Shown piece after piece: positions 55,629 through 64,000 of a stretch of DNA of 64,000 bases. The DNA is taken from NCBI GenBank assembly GCA_041664425.1, contig JBAYKU010000002.1, positions 13,142 through 77,141 of the forward strand. Reading direction: 5' to 3'. Numbering within the stretch: the stretch's first letter is position 1; each line of letters starts with the position of its first letter. The DNA is from Minisyncoccota bacterium (GTDB taxonomy: Bacteria > Patescibacteriota > Minisyncoccia > Phycocordibacterales > XYD1-FULL-46-19). The notes beneath the pieces are model-generated. The model had not been told where the DNA came from and did not search any database. It saw only the letters and a program-made list of their open reading frames with translations. A program made the translations under genes and the position numbers.

Positions 55629-56327
55629 TTATTTACCGACAATAAGCCGTTTTCTACTACTGCAGAATTTGGCAAAGGTCTCCCAGTCCATCAATGACTG
55701 CCCTTTGCTTAGAAGTTTCTTTTTATTCTTAATTAATTCGTCCAGCATCCCCTGTGTGATCTCCTCATTCATTTGGAGAAAAATAATCGGGTATTGGCGC
55801 ATATATTCAGAGGTGTATTTATCGAGCTTACTGTTGAGACAACCTTGGAGATTGCGCTTACTACCGGGATAAAAAACATCCACACAAAAGCCGCCGGTTT
55901 TATCGTAGACGAAGAAATCGGCTCGGGTTCTCTTGTCGTCGACAAAGAAGTATTCGCGATGGACAAACTCCTTACCAAATCTTTCGACCAAAAAATCATT
56001 AACAACATTTTCTGTCTTGTGGGCCCGCTGGCCAATCATCCGCGCGCGATCAGCGCTGTGTTGACCGCTACGGAAATCAGCTTGGCTATCTAGCTTTAGG
56101 GTTTGGCGTAATTGGACTATACCACCGAACCGTCTTTCAATGGATCGGGCTGATGGTAGGTATTGATAACGATCAACTTCTGGTCCCGTCGGATAGCGTC
56201 CATGCTCTTCAAAAAATTTAGTCAGTCCAGCTGATAATTCTTCAATAGTCCACGGTGTTTGTTTACCTGATTTTTGAGCTCGTAGAGTCATACGTCGTAT
56301 TATGCCACTGTGCGCCTTTTGCGACAT
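55629..56327 (-). CDS. Protein with N-terminal homing-endonuclease-associated repeat (HNH_repeat-like) and an uncharacterised C-terminal domain (possible nuclease)
   Basis: WTIEELSAGLTKFFEEHGRYPTGPEVDRYQYLPSARSIERRFGGIVQLRQTLKL fits the HNH_repeat pattern t.EEL...L..F.Ee.GR.Pt..E.......s...I.rrFGg. The C-terminal domain has acidic/Lys motifs (FFVDDKRTRADFFVYDK) but no HNH triad. Confidence 0.45.
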   Translation of the reverse strand: MSQKAHSGIIRRMTLRAQKSGKQTPWTIEELSAGLTKFFEEHGRYPTGPEVDRYQYLPSARSIERRFGGIVQLRQTLKLDSQADFRSGQHSADRARMIGQRAHKTENVVNDFLVERFGKEFVHREYFFVDDKRTRADFFVYDKTGGFCVDVFYPGSKRNLQGCLNSKLDKYTSEYMRQYPIIFLQMNEEITQGMLDELIKNKKKLLSKGQSLMDWETFAKFCSSRKRLIVGK

Positions 56328-56424
56328 ATACGACGGTGGATAAGTTGACCTACCCTACGTCTTCGTTTTGATTTGGAACCTTTTCTTTCTACTAAAAAAC
56401 CCAGCTTTTCGGAAGCTGAGTTTT

Positions 56425-56904
56425 TTAGATTTTAGCTAGGCTTTTATTGTTGTCAGGATTGTTGGCGGTTTTCCAACAAGGACGGCTGCTGTTCCAGTGT
56501 TGGTTGCCTTCATGCTTCATCAGCCACATAGCGTATCCAATATTACCCTTGGCGGTATAGATGTTGTAACCAAGCTTCTCGGCAGTTTCGAGATGGTACT
56601 TTTCATTGATCTGAAAGATACCCACGTCGAGTGGATTGACCCGACCACGAATAACTTCACCGCTGTCGGTGTATTGGGTTAGTCCACTCTCACATCTGGC
56701 GATTTCCAAAGCCGTCTCGGCATGGATGCCATATTTAGAGCTGGTACTAATGATCAGTTGCTCGATAGCAGTATCGTGCTTGTGTTCAGTGACAACTGGT
56801 GCAACTACGGCGACTTTGTCGGTCGCGGTGGGAACAATCGGAATAATCGGATTGACCTGGGTTGCAATTATGAGGCTGGCGAGACCTATTTGGAGGGTTT
56901 GCAA
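56425..56904 (-). CDS. Secreted transglycosylase-like (Rpf/lysozyme-like) domain protein
   Basis: Signal/TM N-terminus. IARCESGL...RVNPLDVGIFQINEKYH...KLGYN resembles the transglycosylase-like/Rpf catalytic Glu block and the GLFQIN-type block. Confidence 0.5.
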   Translation of the reverse strand: MQTLQIGLASLIIATQVNPIIPIVPTATDKVAVVAPVVTEHKHDTAIEQLIISTSSKYGIHAETALEIARCESGLTQYTDSGEVIRGRVNPLDVGIFQINEKYHLETAEKLGYNIYTAKGNIGYAMWLMKHEGNQHWNSSRPCWKTANNPDNNKSLAKI

Positions 56905-57367
56905 AATAAGCGCAAAAGAAAAACTAGCTATTAGCTAGTTGTTCAAATAATTACTACATTTCGACACTACAGTACATCCATAACAGCTAATCGGTATGTC
57001 CATAGGTTAGCATAGTCGGGTTAAAAAATCAAGCGAAAAAGGCCTGTTTTCAGCCTATTTGTGGTCTAATTGTCCTTATTTTAAGCCATATATTGCCCAA
57101 AAGCCATTTTCCACAAAAATAGGCCTTTTTAGGCTTTTTGCTGAAAATTTGGGGCCCGATAGGGTAGTCCCCTCGCCTCTTGACGGATTTACCCCGTGGA
57201 GTAAAAATCTTCGAGATTTTTTGACACTAAACGTGTCATACTCCACTGGGGTTTTGGCCTGGCGATAAAAATTCTAAAATTTTGGACCACCGAGATGTGT
57301 TTTGATGCGTTTGGTTAGCCCTCAAACACCAAAAACCGCCCCTTAAGGACGGTTTTACCCCTATTTT

Positions 57368-57589
57368 TTAGAAGAAATTGGAGACCTTGGCCACATAAGG
57401 GCTGGCAAATTGGTTCCACATATCCACTAACCAGGCCCAGAGATTGGCAATCAGACCGCCGATGTAACCGAAGTTGGATTTACCTACTTCTGATTCAGCT
57501 ACATTTTTGATACTGACACCTAGATAACTCAAAATCAAAATCGCGATAACGATAATGATAATAAGTTTTATAATACCTTTTTGCTTCAT
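57368..57589 (-). CDS. Hypothetical small membrane protein downstream of the M23 peptidase gene
   Basis: 73-aa ORF with an N-terminal TM helix, followed on the minus strand by a 10-bp-stem terminator (57320-57367) with a T-run. Confidence 0.4.
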   Translation of the reverse strand: MKQKGIIKLIIIIVIAILILSYLGVSIKNVAESEVGKSNFGYIGGLIANLWAWLVDMWNQFASPYVAKVSNFF

Positions 57590-57639
57590 ATAATAATTAT
57601 ATCAAAAAACTAAGTCACTGGCTGTGCATAACCGTTTGG

Positions 57640-58941
57640 TTACAAATAATTCATCGGGTTCAGATAACTATTCGGTGAGGCTAAAGGCAGACGATAAGTG
57701 CCACAACCAGCCACCTGACTTTTTAGGGCACCGATTTTAACACCCTGGCTCGCGTAGACGGTAAAGTGGAGATGTGGACCAGTCGAGTAGCCGGTATTGC
57801 CACTGTAAGCGATAACGTCACCAGTCGAGACAGACTGTCCTTCGCTCACTTTAATCAGCGACAAGTGACCGTAGAGAGTGGAGAGACCGTTGTCATGTTC
57901 GATCAGGATCCATTTACCATAGGAAGCTCCCTGACAGGTTTCGTCAGTGTTGCCGATGCCGATGACCTTGCCGGGTCGAGGTGCTTTGATCTTTGAGCCG
58001 ACCGAAGTGCCGAAATCAATCCCATTGTGACCCTTACCACCATATACTGCTCCCGCTTTACTTTGAGAGAAGGTGGTATAGCCGAAACCTTGGGTAATGA
58101 CGACCTTATCTAAGGGATAAGTTAACACCCCGTGACCTTTAGTTGGTAGGAGTTTAGTATTGAGGACAATCGATAGCGAACTCTCAGCTTTAGATATTTC
58201 GTCTTGGATTGCTTGCATTTTAGCCAGGCGATCGGCTAGGAGTTTTTGATAGTTAGACTCTTTGCTTTTAGTAATAGTCAGTAAATCATCTTTGGATTTT
58301 TTGTTGACGTCAGCGATTTTCTTTTGGTCAGATAGTTGGGTCTCGAGAGAAACAAGACTCCTCTTCTCTGCTTCTTTATTTACCTTTTTAACCTCTAAGT
58401 CCTTTTTAGCACCAGTAAAATTGATCAAGCCGATCTGGAGTTTGTTTTGAATATTGCCGAGATGAGCTATTTCGGTGCCGAAACTCGAGAGGGTGTCTGC
58501 TGATAACAGAATATTGCCGAGAGAGTCTTCTTCTGAATTTCTAACGTCACGGAGGGAGGCTCCGAGTAGTTCGCGATAAGTATCAATCTTATTTTTTTTA
58601 TCAACGATTTCAATCGAAAGCTTTTTAATGACGGTGGTGCTTTGGTTGATTTGGACTTGGGTCAAATCAATTTGTTTGGTTAAAGCTAAACGCGTCGCTT
58701 CGATGCGAGCCAATTCCGCTTTGAGACTAGCTGATTGCTTTTGGGTACCAGAGAGTTTGGTTTTAATGGCCTTGATCTCAGCATCGAGTTTGTCACGTTG
58801 ACTCTGATAGTCACTGATCTTACCTTTTAATTCATCGACAGTCTCAGCTTGAATGGATAATAGAGGCCATAAAAAAGAACACATCAATAAAAAACTGGTC
58901 ACAAAAAATAATAGATATTTTTGATTAGAGTTTTTCGGCAT
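57640..58941 (-). CDS. M23 family metallopeptidase with N-terminal coiled-coil (EnvC/LytM-like, catalytic residues intact)
   Basis: Signal peptide, long coiled-coil, C-terminal M23 domain with HNGIDFG (HxxxD) and GPHLHF (HxH). Confidence 0.8.
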   Translation of the reverse strand: MPKNSNQKYLLFFVTSFLLMCSFLWPLLSIQAETVDELKGKISDYQSQRDKLDAEIKAIKTKLSGTQKQSASLKAELARIEATRLALTKQIDLTQVQINQSTTVIKKLSIEIVDKKNKIDTYRELLGASLRDVRNSEEDSLGNILLSADTLSSFGTEIAHLGNIQNKLQIGLINFTGAKKDLEVKKVNKEAEKRSLVSLETQLSDQKKIADVNKKSKDDLLTITKSKESNYQKLLADRLAKMQAIQDEISKAESSLSIVLNTKLLPTKGHGVLTYPLDKVVITQGFGYTTFSQSKAGAVYGGKGHNGIDFGTSVGSKIKAPRPGKVIGIGNTDETCQGASYGKWILIEHDNGLSTLYGHLSLIKVSEGQSVSTGDVIAYSGNTGYSTGPHLHFTVYASQGVKIGALKSQVAGCGTYRLPLASPNSYLNPMNYL

Positions 58942-60265
58942 AGGCGAGGCGGTTTAAGGTTTCCGCTTTGCCCAAGATCGCGGCGAGGGTAAAAGGATCA
59001 GGCGATTTTTCGCGACCAGACAAAGCGACGCGCATGGGCCAGAGGACCTGTCCCCTACCTTTGGTGGTAGCGTGGTCCCAAATAGCGGCTTTAATTTTTT
59101 CAGTCGTAAAATCAGCTTCCGGTAAATCGGCTAGAAGCTGACTAACTTCGACTAAATACTCTGGCGTTTTTAAAATTTCTTTGCTAGGTTTGGGAGCGAT
59201 AAAAAAATAATCGAGTTCCCCCTCCTCAGCCATGGCCGTTAGCTCTCCTAGCCTACTGATGCGCTCGAGGATGAGTGGCAAAATTTTGTTTAGAATCTCC
59301 TCTTGGTATTCTGGCTTGTTTTTGAAGTTAGCGGGTAGAAATTCTAGGACTTTATTTTTAAAATCATCGCTAGATAATTTCTTGAGATACTCTCGATTTA
59401 GCCAATCCATTTTTTCAATATTGAGAATGGCGCCACTTTTTTGAGTTTTCAGTAGGTCAAATTTTTTCAATAGATCGGCCATAGATAAAATCTCTTCATT
59501 TTTATCAGCATCTTCCTGACTTGATTGTGGTGACCAGCCGAGCATGGCGACAAAGTTGATCACCGCTTCTGGCAGATATCCTAGTCTCTGGTATTCGCTG
59601 ACACTGGCGATAGCACCATGCTTGCGTTTGGAGAGTTTGGTGCGATCAGGAGCCAGAATGATTGGTAAGTGGGCGTAGGTCGGTCGCACGCCTCCTAGAG
59701 CCTCTAACATGAGAATTTGGCGGGGGGTGTTGGAAATATGATCTTCGCCACGGATCACATGAGTGACCCCCAGTAAGTGGTCGTCAACCACTGAGGCAAA
59801 ATGGTAGAGCGGAGTATCGAGATCTTTAGCCATCACAAAATCACCCAGCTCGGTCGTATCAAATTCAATATGACCATGAATCAAATCTTCAAAAACTATT
59901 TTTGTATTGGGATTACGGAAACGAATAACCTTGTCTCTATCCCCTTCTTTTTCAATCTTTTCTTGGGACCAATAAATTTTATCAGCCGTCATCAGCTCGT
60001 CTAATTTAGCTCGATAAATATCAGTTCTTTTTGATTGGTAATAAATCTCGTCGTAGTCGAGACCGAGCCAGGTCATGGAATTTAGCAAGTCCTCTGTATA
60101 TTCCGGTTTGGAGCGTTCAGTATCCGTATCGTCAACTCGAAAAATCATTTTACCGCCATTTTGACGAGTAAATAAGTAATTAAAAAGAGCCACTCGGGCG
60201 GTGCCAATATGAAAAAGTCCGGTGGGGCTGGGGGCCACTCTGGTGACGATGGATTTATTGCTCAT
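58925..60265 (-). CDS. gltX: Glutamyl-tRNA synthetase
   Basis: RVAPSPTGLFHIG (HIGH-type motif) and KLSKRK (KMSKS-type motif). Confidence 0.9.
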   Translation of the reverse strand: MSNKSIVTRVAPSPTGLFHIGTARVALFNYLFTRQNGGKMIFRVDDTDTERSKPEYTEDLLNSMTWLGLDYDEIYYQSKRTDIYRAKLDELMTADKIYWSQEKIEKEGDRDKVIRFRNPNTKIVFEDLIHGHIEFDTTELGDFVMAKDLDTPLYHFASVVDDHLLGVTHVIRGEDHISNTPRQILMLEALGGVRPTYAHLPIILAPDRTKLSKRKHGAIASVSEYQRLGYLPEAVINFVAMLGWSPQSSQEDADKNEEILSMADLLKKFDLLKTQKSGAILNIEKMDWLNREYLKKLSSDDFKNKVLEFLPANFKNKPEYQEEILNKILPLILERISRLGELTAMAEEGELDYFFIAPKPSKEILKTPEYLVEVSQLLADLPEADFTTEKIKAAIWDHATTKGRGQVLWPMRVALSGREKSPDPFTLAAILGKAETLNRLAYAEKL

Positions 60266-61382
60266 GTTGATTTGTTAGGTTGATTACTTCCCGGGCGATC
60301 ATGCGCGAAGCTTCTGGTTTGGCAAAAGTTTTACAGGCCTCTCTCATCTCTAGGAGGGTACGCTGATTGTCCATAATGCGATAGATCTCTGATTGCAAGA
60401 CCGATGGGGTCAGGTTGTTTTCTTCCACGACGATGGCGGCTCCAGAACCGGCATAAGCAAAAGCGTTGCTAGTCTGATCGTGACTGATTGTTTCTGGTAA
60501 GGGAATAATAATGGCCGGTATGCCCCAATAAGCAATTTCAAAAATAGCAGAACCGGCTCGGGAGATTATCAGGCTAGAAACCGCTGCTGACATTTTCATC
60601 GCGCTACTACTTAGATACGGAAAAGGCCGATAGTTTTTTTCGACTAGGGCTGGATCAATCATGGCCTTGATGGTGGCCGAGACATCGTCAAAGTTGGTCG
60701 CTCCAGTTTGGTGGATAACCTGATATTTTTTCAGCAAGGCTGGCAGAATATCAATAATAACATTGTTTATTTTCATGGCGCCCTGTGAGCCACCCACAAT
60801 CATAATCACTGGTAGATTTTCTTTAAAGCCCAAAAAATCATAAGCGCCAGCTTTGTTGGGGTTGAGAATCTCTTGGCGTAAAGGGTTGCCAGTCACAGCC
60901 ACTTTGCCAGTAGGAAAATATGATACGGCTTGCTGATAAGAGACAGCGATTCTGGTGGCAAACTTGCCAGCCCAAGCGTTGACTCGGCCTGGATGCGAAT
61001 CTGACTCGTGAATAAAAACCGGAATGTTTAGAAGCCTCGCCGCTAAAACTGGCGGAAAACTACTATAGCCACCTTTGCAGAAAACTAAATCCGGATAGAT
61101 AGTGTAGAGTTTAATGATGGCTTCAAAAATACCGTAGATATTTTTGAAGATATCAGTAAAGTTTTGAAAAGAAAAATAGCGTCGCCATTTGCCAGCAGTG
61201 ATTTTAACAAAACGAATACCATTGGCAAAAAGCAATTCTTCATTGTAAGGATTAACCGACATAAAATAAAATTCCGGTTCAACCAGTTTGTCCTCAATAG
61301 CTATTTTCCTGATTTCTTCGGCGATAGCGATAATTGGGTAAAAATGACCCCCCGTTCCCCCGCCGGTAAATAAGATTTTCAT
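60255..61382 (-). CDS. murG: UDP-GlcNAc:undecaprenyl-PP-MurNAc-pentapeptide GlcNAc transferase MurG
   Basis: N-terminal GGTGGH motif and GT-B fold length; located within the dcw cluster. Confidence 0.85.
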   Translation of the reverse strand: MKILFTGGGTGGHFYPIIAIAEEIRKIAIEDKLVEPEFYFMSVNPYNEELLFANGIRFVKITAGKWRRYFSFQNFTDIFKNIYGIFEAIIKLYTIYPDLVFCKGGYSSFPPVLAARLLNIPVFIHESDSHPGRVNAWAGKFATRIAVSYQQAVSYFPTGKVAVTGNPLRQEILNPNKAGAYDFLGFKENLPVIMIVGGSQGAMKINNVIIDILPALLKKYQVIHQTGATNFDDVSATIKAMIDPALVEKNYRPFPYLSSSAMKMSAAVSSLIISRAGSAIFEIAYWGIPAIIIPLPETISHDQTSNAFAYAGSGAAIVVEENNLTPSVLQSEIYRIMDNQRTLLEMREACKTFAKPEASRMIAREVINLTNQHEQ

Positions 61383-61388
61383 TATTGT

Positions 61389-62483
61389 TTATGTTCTTTG
61401 TTTAGATATATTAAGAATAATACCCATTTCTATCAGGACGAACAAGAGGGCGGTCCCGCCGTGACTGATAAAGAGCAGTGGCACCCCCGTCAACGGCAAA
61501 ATACCAATCATGGCTCCGATGTTGATAGAGGCTTGAATAAAGACCATACAAACCAAACCTAAGGCCAGAAAACGCCCAAAAGGGTCGGTAATTCTGGTGG
61601 TAATCTTGATACCCCATAGAGCGAAAATTAGGAAGAAAGCGATAATAATAGTCGAACCAGTAAAACCAAATTCTTCGCTAGCGACCGCAAAGATTGAGTC
61701 CCCGATCGGTTCAGGTAAAAAGTTAAATTTTTGGAGACTCTGACCGAAACCTCGGCCAGCCATACCGCCAGAACCAATAGCAATCAATGATTGATTGATT
61801 TGCCAGGAGGCGCCACGCACATCGTGCGAAGGATTTATATAGGTGGTAATTCTTTCGCGGATATAGGGTCGAGTGTAGGCCAAAAAAGAAATAGCGATAA
61901 CTGCCGCTAAGCCAAGTAGCGCCAGGTGTTTTATTTTTCCACCAGCCGCAAAGAACATGATCATGGAAGTGATGCAAGCGACTAAAAAGGTGCCGTTGTC
62001 GCGCTGGATAACAGCTAAAATGATGGTCAAAATAGCAATCAAACAAATGAAGGGTATAAAACCAGCCGAAAAATCTTTTATCTTGTCTTTTCTCGTAGCT
62101 AGCCAACCAGCCAAATAAATAATCGTGGCAAACTTTAAAAATTCCGCTGGTTGGAAAGTCAGTATTCCTAGATCTATCCAGCGTTTGGCTCCACCGGCTT
62201 CTAGGGCTAGGCCTGGGATCAAGACGGCACAAGACAGACCCGCTGCTACCACAAACATCGGTAAAGCGATCTTGCGGTATTTTTTATAATCAATACTAGA
62301 AAAAACAATCATCGCCAAAAGCCCGCCTGCCAAGATGGCCAGTTGTTTAGAAACGACAGCTAGAAAACCGGCGCCATCTTTGGTCAGCTGACCCATGGCC
62401 GCCGAAGAAAAAATAAAAAAGCCGAGTAGGACCATCACTACCACTAGAAAGAGAAAGAAACTGTCGACTTTTTTATGGCGCAT
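61389..62483 (-). CDS. ftsW: SEDS-family peptidoglycan glycosyltransferase FtsW/RodA
   Basis: Ten-TM SEDS pattern; lies between mraY and murG. Confidence 0.8.
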   Translation of the reverse strand: MRHKKVDSFFLFLVVVMVLLGFFIFSSAAMGQLTKDGAGFLAVVSKQLAILAGGLLAMIVFSSIDYKKYRKIALPMFVVAAGLSCAVLIPGLALEAGGAKRWIDLGILTFQPAEFLKFATIIYLAGWLATRKDKIKDFSAGFIPFICLIAILTIILAVIQRDNGTFLVACITSMIMFFAAGGKIKHLALLGLAAVIAISFLAYTRPYIRERITTYINPSHDVRGASWQINQSLIAIGSGGMAGRGFGQSLQKFNFLPEPIGDSIFAVASEEFGFTGSTIIIAFFLIFALWGIKITTRITDPFGRFLALGLVCMVFIQASINIGAMIGILPLTGVPLLFISHGGTALLFVLIEMGIILNISKQRT

Positions 62484-62488
62484 TTGTT

Positions 62489-63544
62489 TTAGATTTTTGT
62501 CAGAGCAATAATTATGCCAATAATAGCGGCGATAATACTAATCACCCAATAACGCATGACGACTTTGCAAGCAGGCCAACCAATGGCTTCAAAATGGTGA
62601 TGAAGTGGAGCCACCAGAAAAACTTTCTTTCCCTGGCGTAATTTTTTTGAACCGAGCTGAATGATGACCGATAATGAGGTAACTAAAAGTGGCAAGGCAA
62701 TCAAGGGTAAAATTAAAACAGTATCAGTTAGGAAGGCGATGACCGTGAGAGCCGTAGTTAGTCCTAAAATACCGGTTTCTGACATGTAGAAGCGGGCAGG
62801 TGGAATATTAAACCACAAGAAAGCTAGTGTGCCACCAGTGATGACAGCGCAAAAGGCCGCCAGGTCAATTTGATTTTGGAAAAAAGCGATACAGGTATAA
62901 GCCGCAAAGATAATCGCCATTACTCCCCCCGCCAAGCCGTCGATTCCGTCTATTACACCACTAGAAAAGATGGCGACCATTACTAAAACAAATAAAGGAA
63001 TGATTAACCAGCCTAGAGCCAGTGAACCACCAAAAGGAATGGCGATCGCTGTTACTCCCAATTTAAAATAAAACCACCAGCCCCCTGCTAGACCAAGAGC
63101 GATCACCACGAGAAGACGATTGAAAAAAGGTAAGCCCGCAGTTTTAGAGTCGACATTTTCACGGACCTGCATCAGGTCGTCAATCAGGCCGACGATCGAA
63201 CCGACGATCAAAGTGAACATTGGCAACCAAGTCTGATTACGACTAAAGAAATTTATTTTATCAGCTTCCACTGAGGGAAAAAGATGAGCCAATAGCCAAA
63301 AAAACATCACCGTCAGTAAGGTGCTCCCCCAGATTACTATCCCGCCCATGCGTGGAGTGCCCGTCTCTTTTTCTTTGTGGAGAGAATCAAAAATCGGTGT
63401 GGCCAAGCCGTCGGGGCTGATTTTGCCGGCTTTTTTCTTCCACATTCGATTTTTATAAAGATAATGCGTGATTATTGGTGTAATCAGAATACCAATAAAG
63501 AAAGCAAACGCGCTTGGACCGAGAACTTTGAGAATATTGATCAT
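62489..63544 (-). CDS. mraY: Phospho-N-acetylmuramoyl-pentapeptide transferase MraY
   Basis: Polytopic membrane protein with the MraY DG(I/L)DGLA motif (VIDGIDGLAGG). Confidence 0.9.
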   Translation of the reverse strand: MINILKVLGPSAFAFFIGILITPIITHYLYKNRMWKKKAGKISPDGLATPIFDSLHKEKETGTPRMGGIVIWGSTLLTVMFFWLLAHLFPSVEADKINFFSRNQTWLPMFTLIVGSIVGLIDDLMQVRENVDSKTAGLPFFNRLLVVIALGLAGGWWFYFKLGVTAIAIPFGGSLALGWLIIPLFVLVMVAIFSSGVIDGIDGLAGGVMAIIFAAYTCIAFFQNQIDLAAFCAVITGGTLAFLWFNIPPARFYMSETGILGLTTALTVIAFLTDTVLILPLIALPLLVTSLSVIIQLGSKKLRQGKKVFLVAPLHHHFEAIGWPACKVVMRYWVISIIAAIIGIIIALTKI

Positions 63545-63639
63545 AGTAAAAAAGCTAATTTCTTAGCCAGATTATAAACCAAATTGCCCCTATAACCAAA
63601 TTGGCCATAGGGGCTACTGCGGGTAGTGAGAATAATCTG

Positions 63640-64000
63640 TTACTTTCCCCCTTCCGCAAAATAAGCCACCGTCGCTCCGGCTAGCTTTTGGGTATCGTTG
63701 AAACGCTCTTCTTCGGTCGAACCGAGGATGACTATCGCTACTGGATGATTTAGGCCAACGTCAAAGATGATCGAGAGGTTAGCTCCCGCTAGTGGCGTCG
63801 TGCCAGTTTTAGAGCTGATTAGACCTGGTAATTGGTCAATAGCGTAATTAGTATTGATGGCGACGTAGCGATTTTCTTGGGTATCATTTCGCCCGATGGC
63901 TGTCTGATTGGTCGCCTCGGTTAGTTCTGGATAATTTTTTACGATATAGCCATGGAGTTTGGCGACATCTAGAGCTGAACCATAACCACCAGCCATTGTT
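63640..64000 (-). CDS. D-alanyl-D-alanine carboxypeptidase (S11/PBP5-like) C-terminal part; 5' end lies beyond the window
   Basis: KTG box (SKTGTTPLAGANL) typical of PBP5/DacA. The frame stays open to the window edge. Confidence 0.5.
   Translation of the reverse strand, partial: TMAGGYGSALDVAKLHGYIVKNYPELTEATNQTAIGRNDTQENRYVAINTNYAIDQLPGLISSKTGTTPLAGANLSIIFDVGLNHPVAIVILGSTEEERFNDTQKLAGATVAYFAEGGK

Noticed and set aside
55618-56093. Two plus-strand ORFs (84 aa and 106 aa) opposite the HNH-repeat protein gene
   Set aside because: Both are fully antisense to a longer ORF that has recognisable domain content. They have no RBS.
57059-57268. 69-aa ORF spanning the nested hairpin region
   Set aside because: It has no RBS and runs through the predicted hairpin and T-run. 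The region is more likely non-coding.
61723-62232. 169-aa ORF inside ftsW in another frame
   Set aside because: It lies within the well-supported SEDS gene. Its Arg/Trp-rich composition is typical of out-of-frame translation.

Overview
This 64-kb window is a housekeeping-dense fragment of a small bacterial genome at roughly 43% GC. The gene content and layout look like a CPR/Patescibacteria-type organism; that assignment is inference from gene content only. Supporting observations are a split dcw cluster, two mreB paralogues, a short ProRS without an editing domain, tightly overlapping start/stop codons, and many small proteins with few metabolic genes. Recognisable genes on the + strand: rsmE, prmC, cdaA fused to a YbbR-like domain, a SIMPL protein, pyk, hpf, murA, mreB, holB, frr, rseP, proS, mreB-mreC-mreD-mrdA, greA, lysS, an M14 carboxypeptidase, mraZ-rsmH-ftsL-ftsI-murF, a GIY-YIG protein, tRNA-Glu, rmuC, rplU, a 909-aa multidomain surface protein, ctp and rplI. 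On the - strand: gpmI, eno, fmt, def, a priA-like gene, recR, dnaB, cysS, corA-like, rpmA, an M23 peptidase, gltX, murG, ftsW, mraY and a 5'-truncated dacA-like gene. No rRNA genes or CRISPR arrays were seen. Items for follow-up: (1) a four-gene operon (14663-19902) encoding DUF916-like and WxL-like surface proteins plus a polytopic membrane protein with carboxypeptidase-regulatory-like domains; (2) a tRNA-Glu locus where the 5' 26 nt of the tRNA are duplicated upstream of a small GIY-YIG nuclease gene, with an 18-bp palindrome of a local repeat family inserted into the duplicated D-loop; (3) a ~300-nt highly structured non-coding region between murA and mreB with RNase P-like sequence motifs; (4) an ~800-bp regulatory region upstream of mraZ containing a Cys-rich micro-protein gene, GTGCGA palindromes, long inverted and tandem repeats, and four phased AAAGTGG MraZ-type boxes; (5) unannotated small ORFs (59 aa, 34 aa, 28 aa) with good RBSs and terminators; (6) a PriA with degenerate Walker A/B motifs; (7) a probable acquired islet between rpmA and the M23 peptidase (HNH-repeat protein, Rpf-like transglycosylase, poly-C tract). 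Every call rests on reading the sequence and translated ORFs by eye; no database searches were run.
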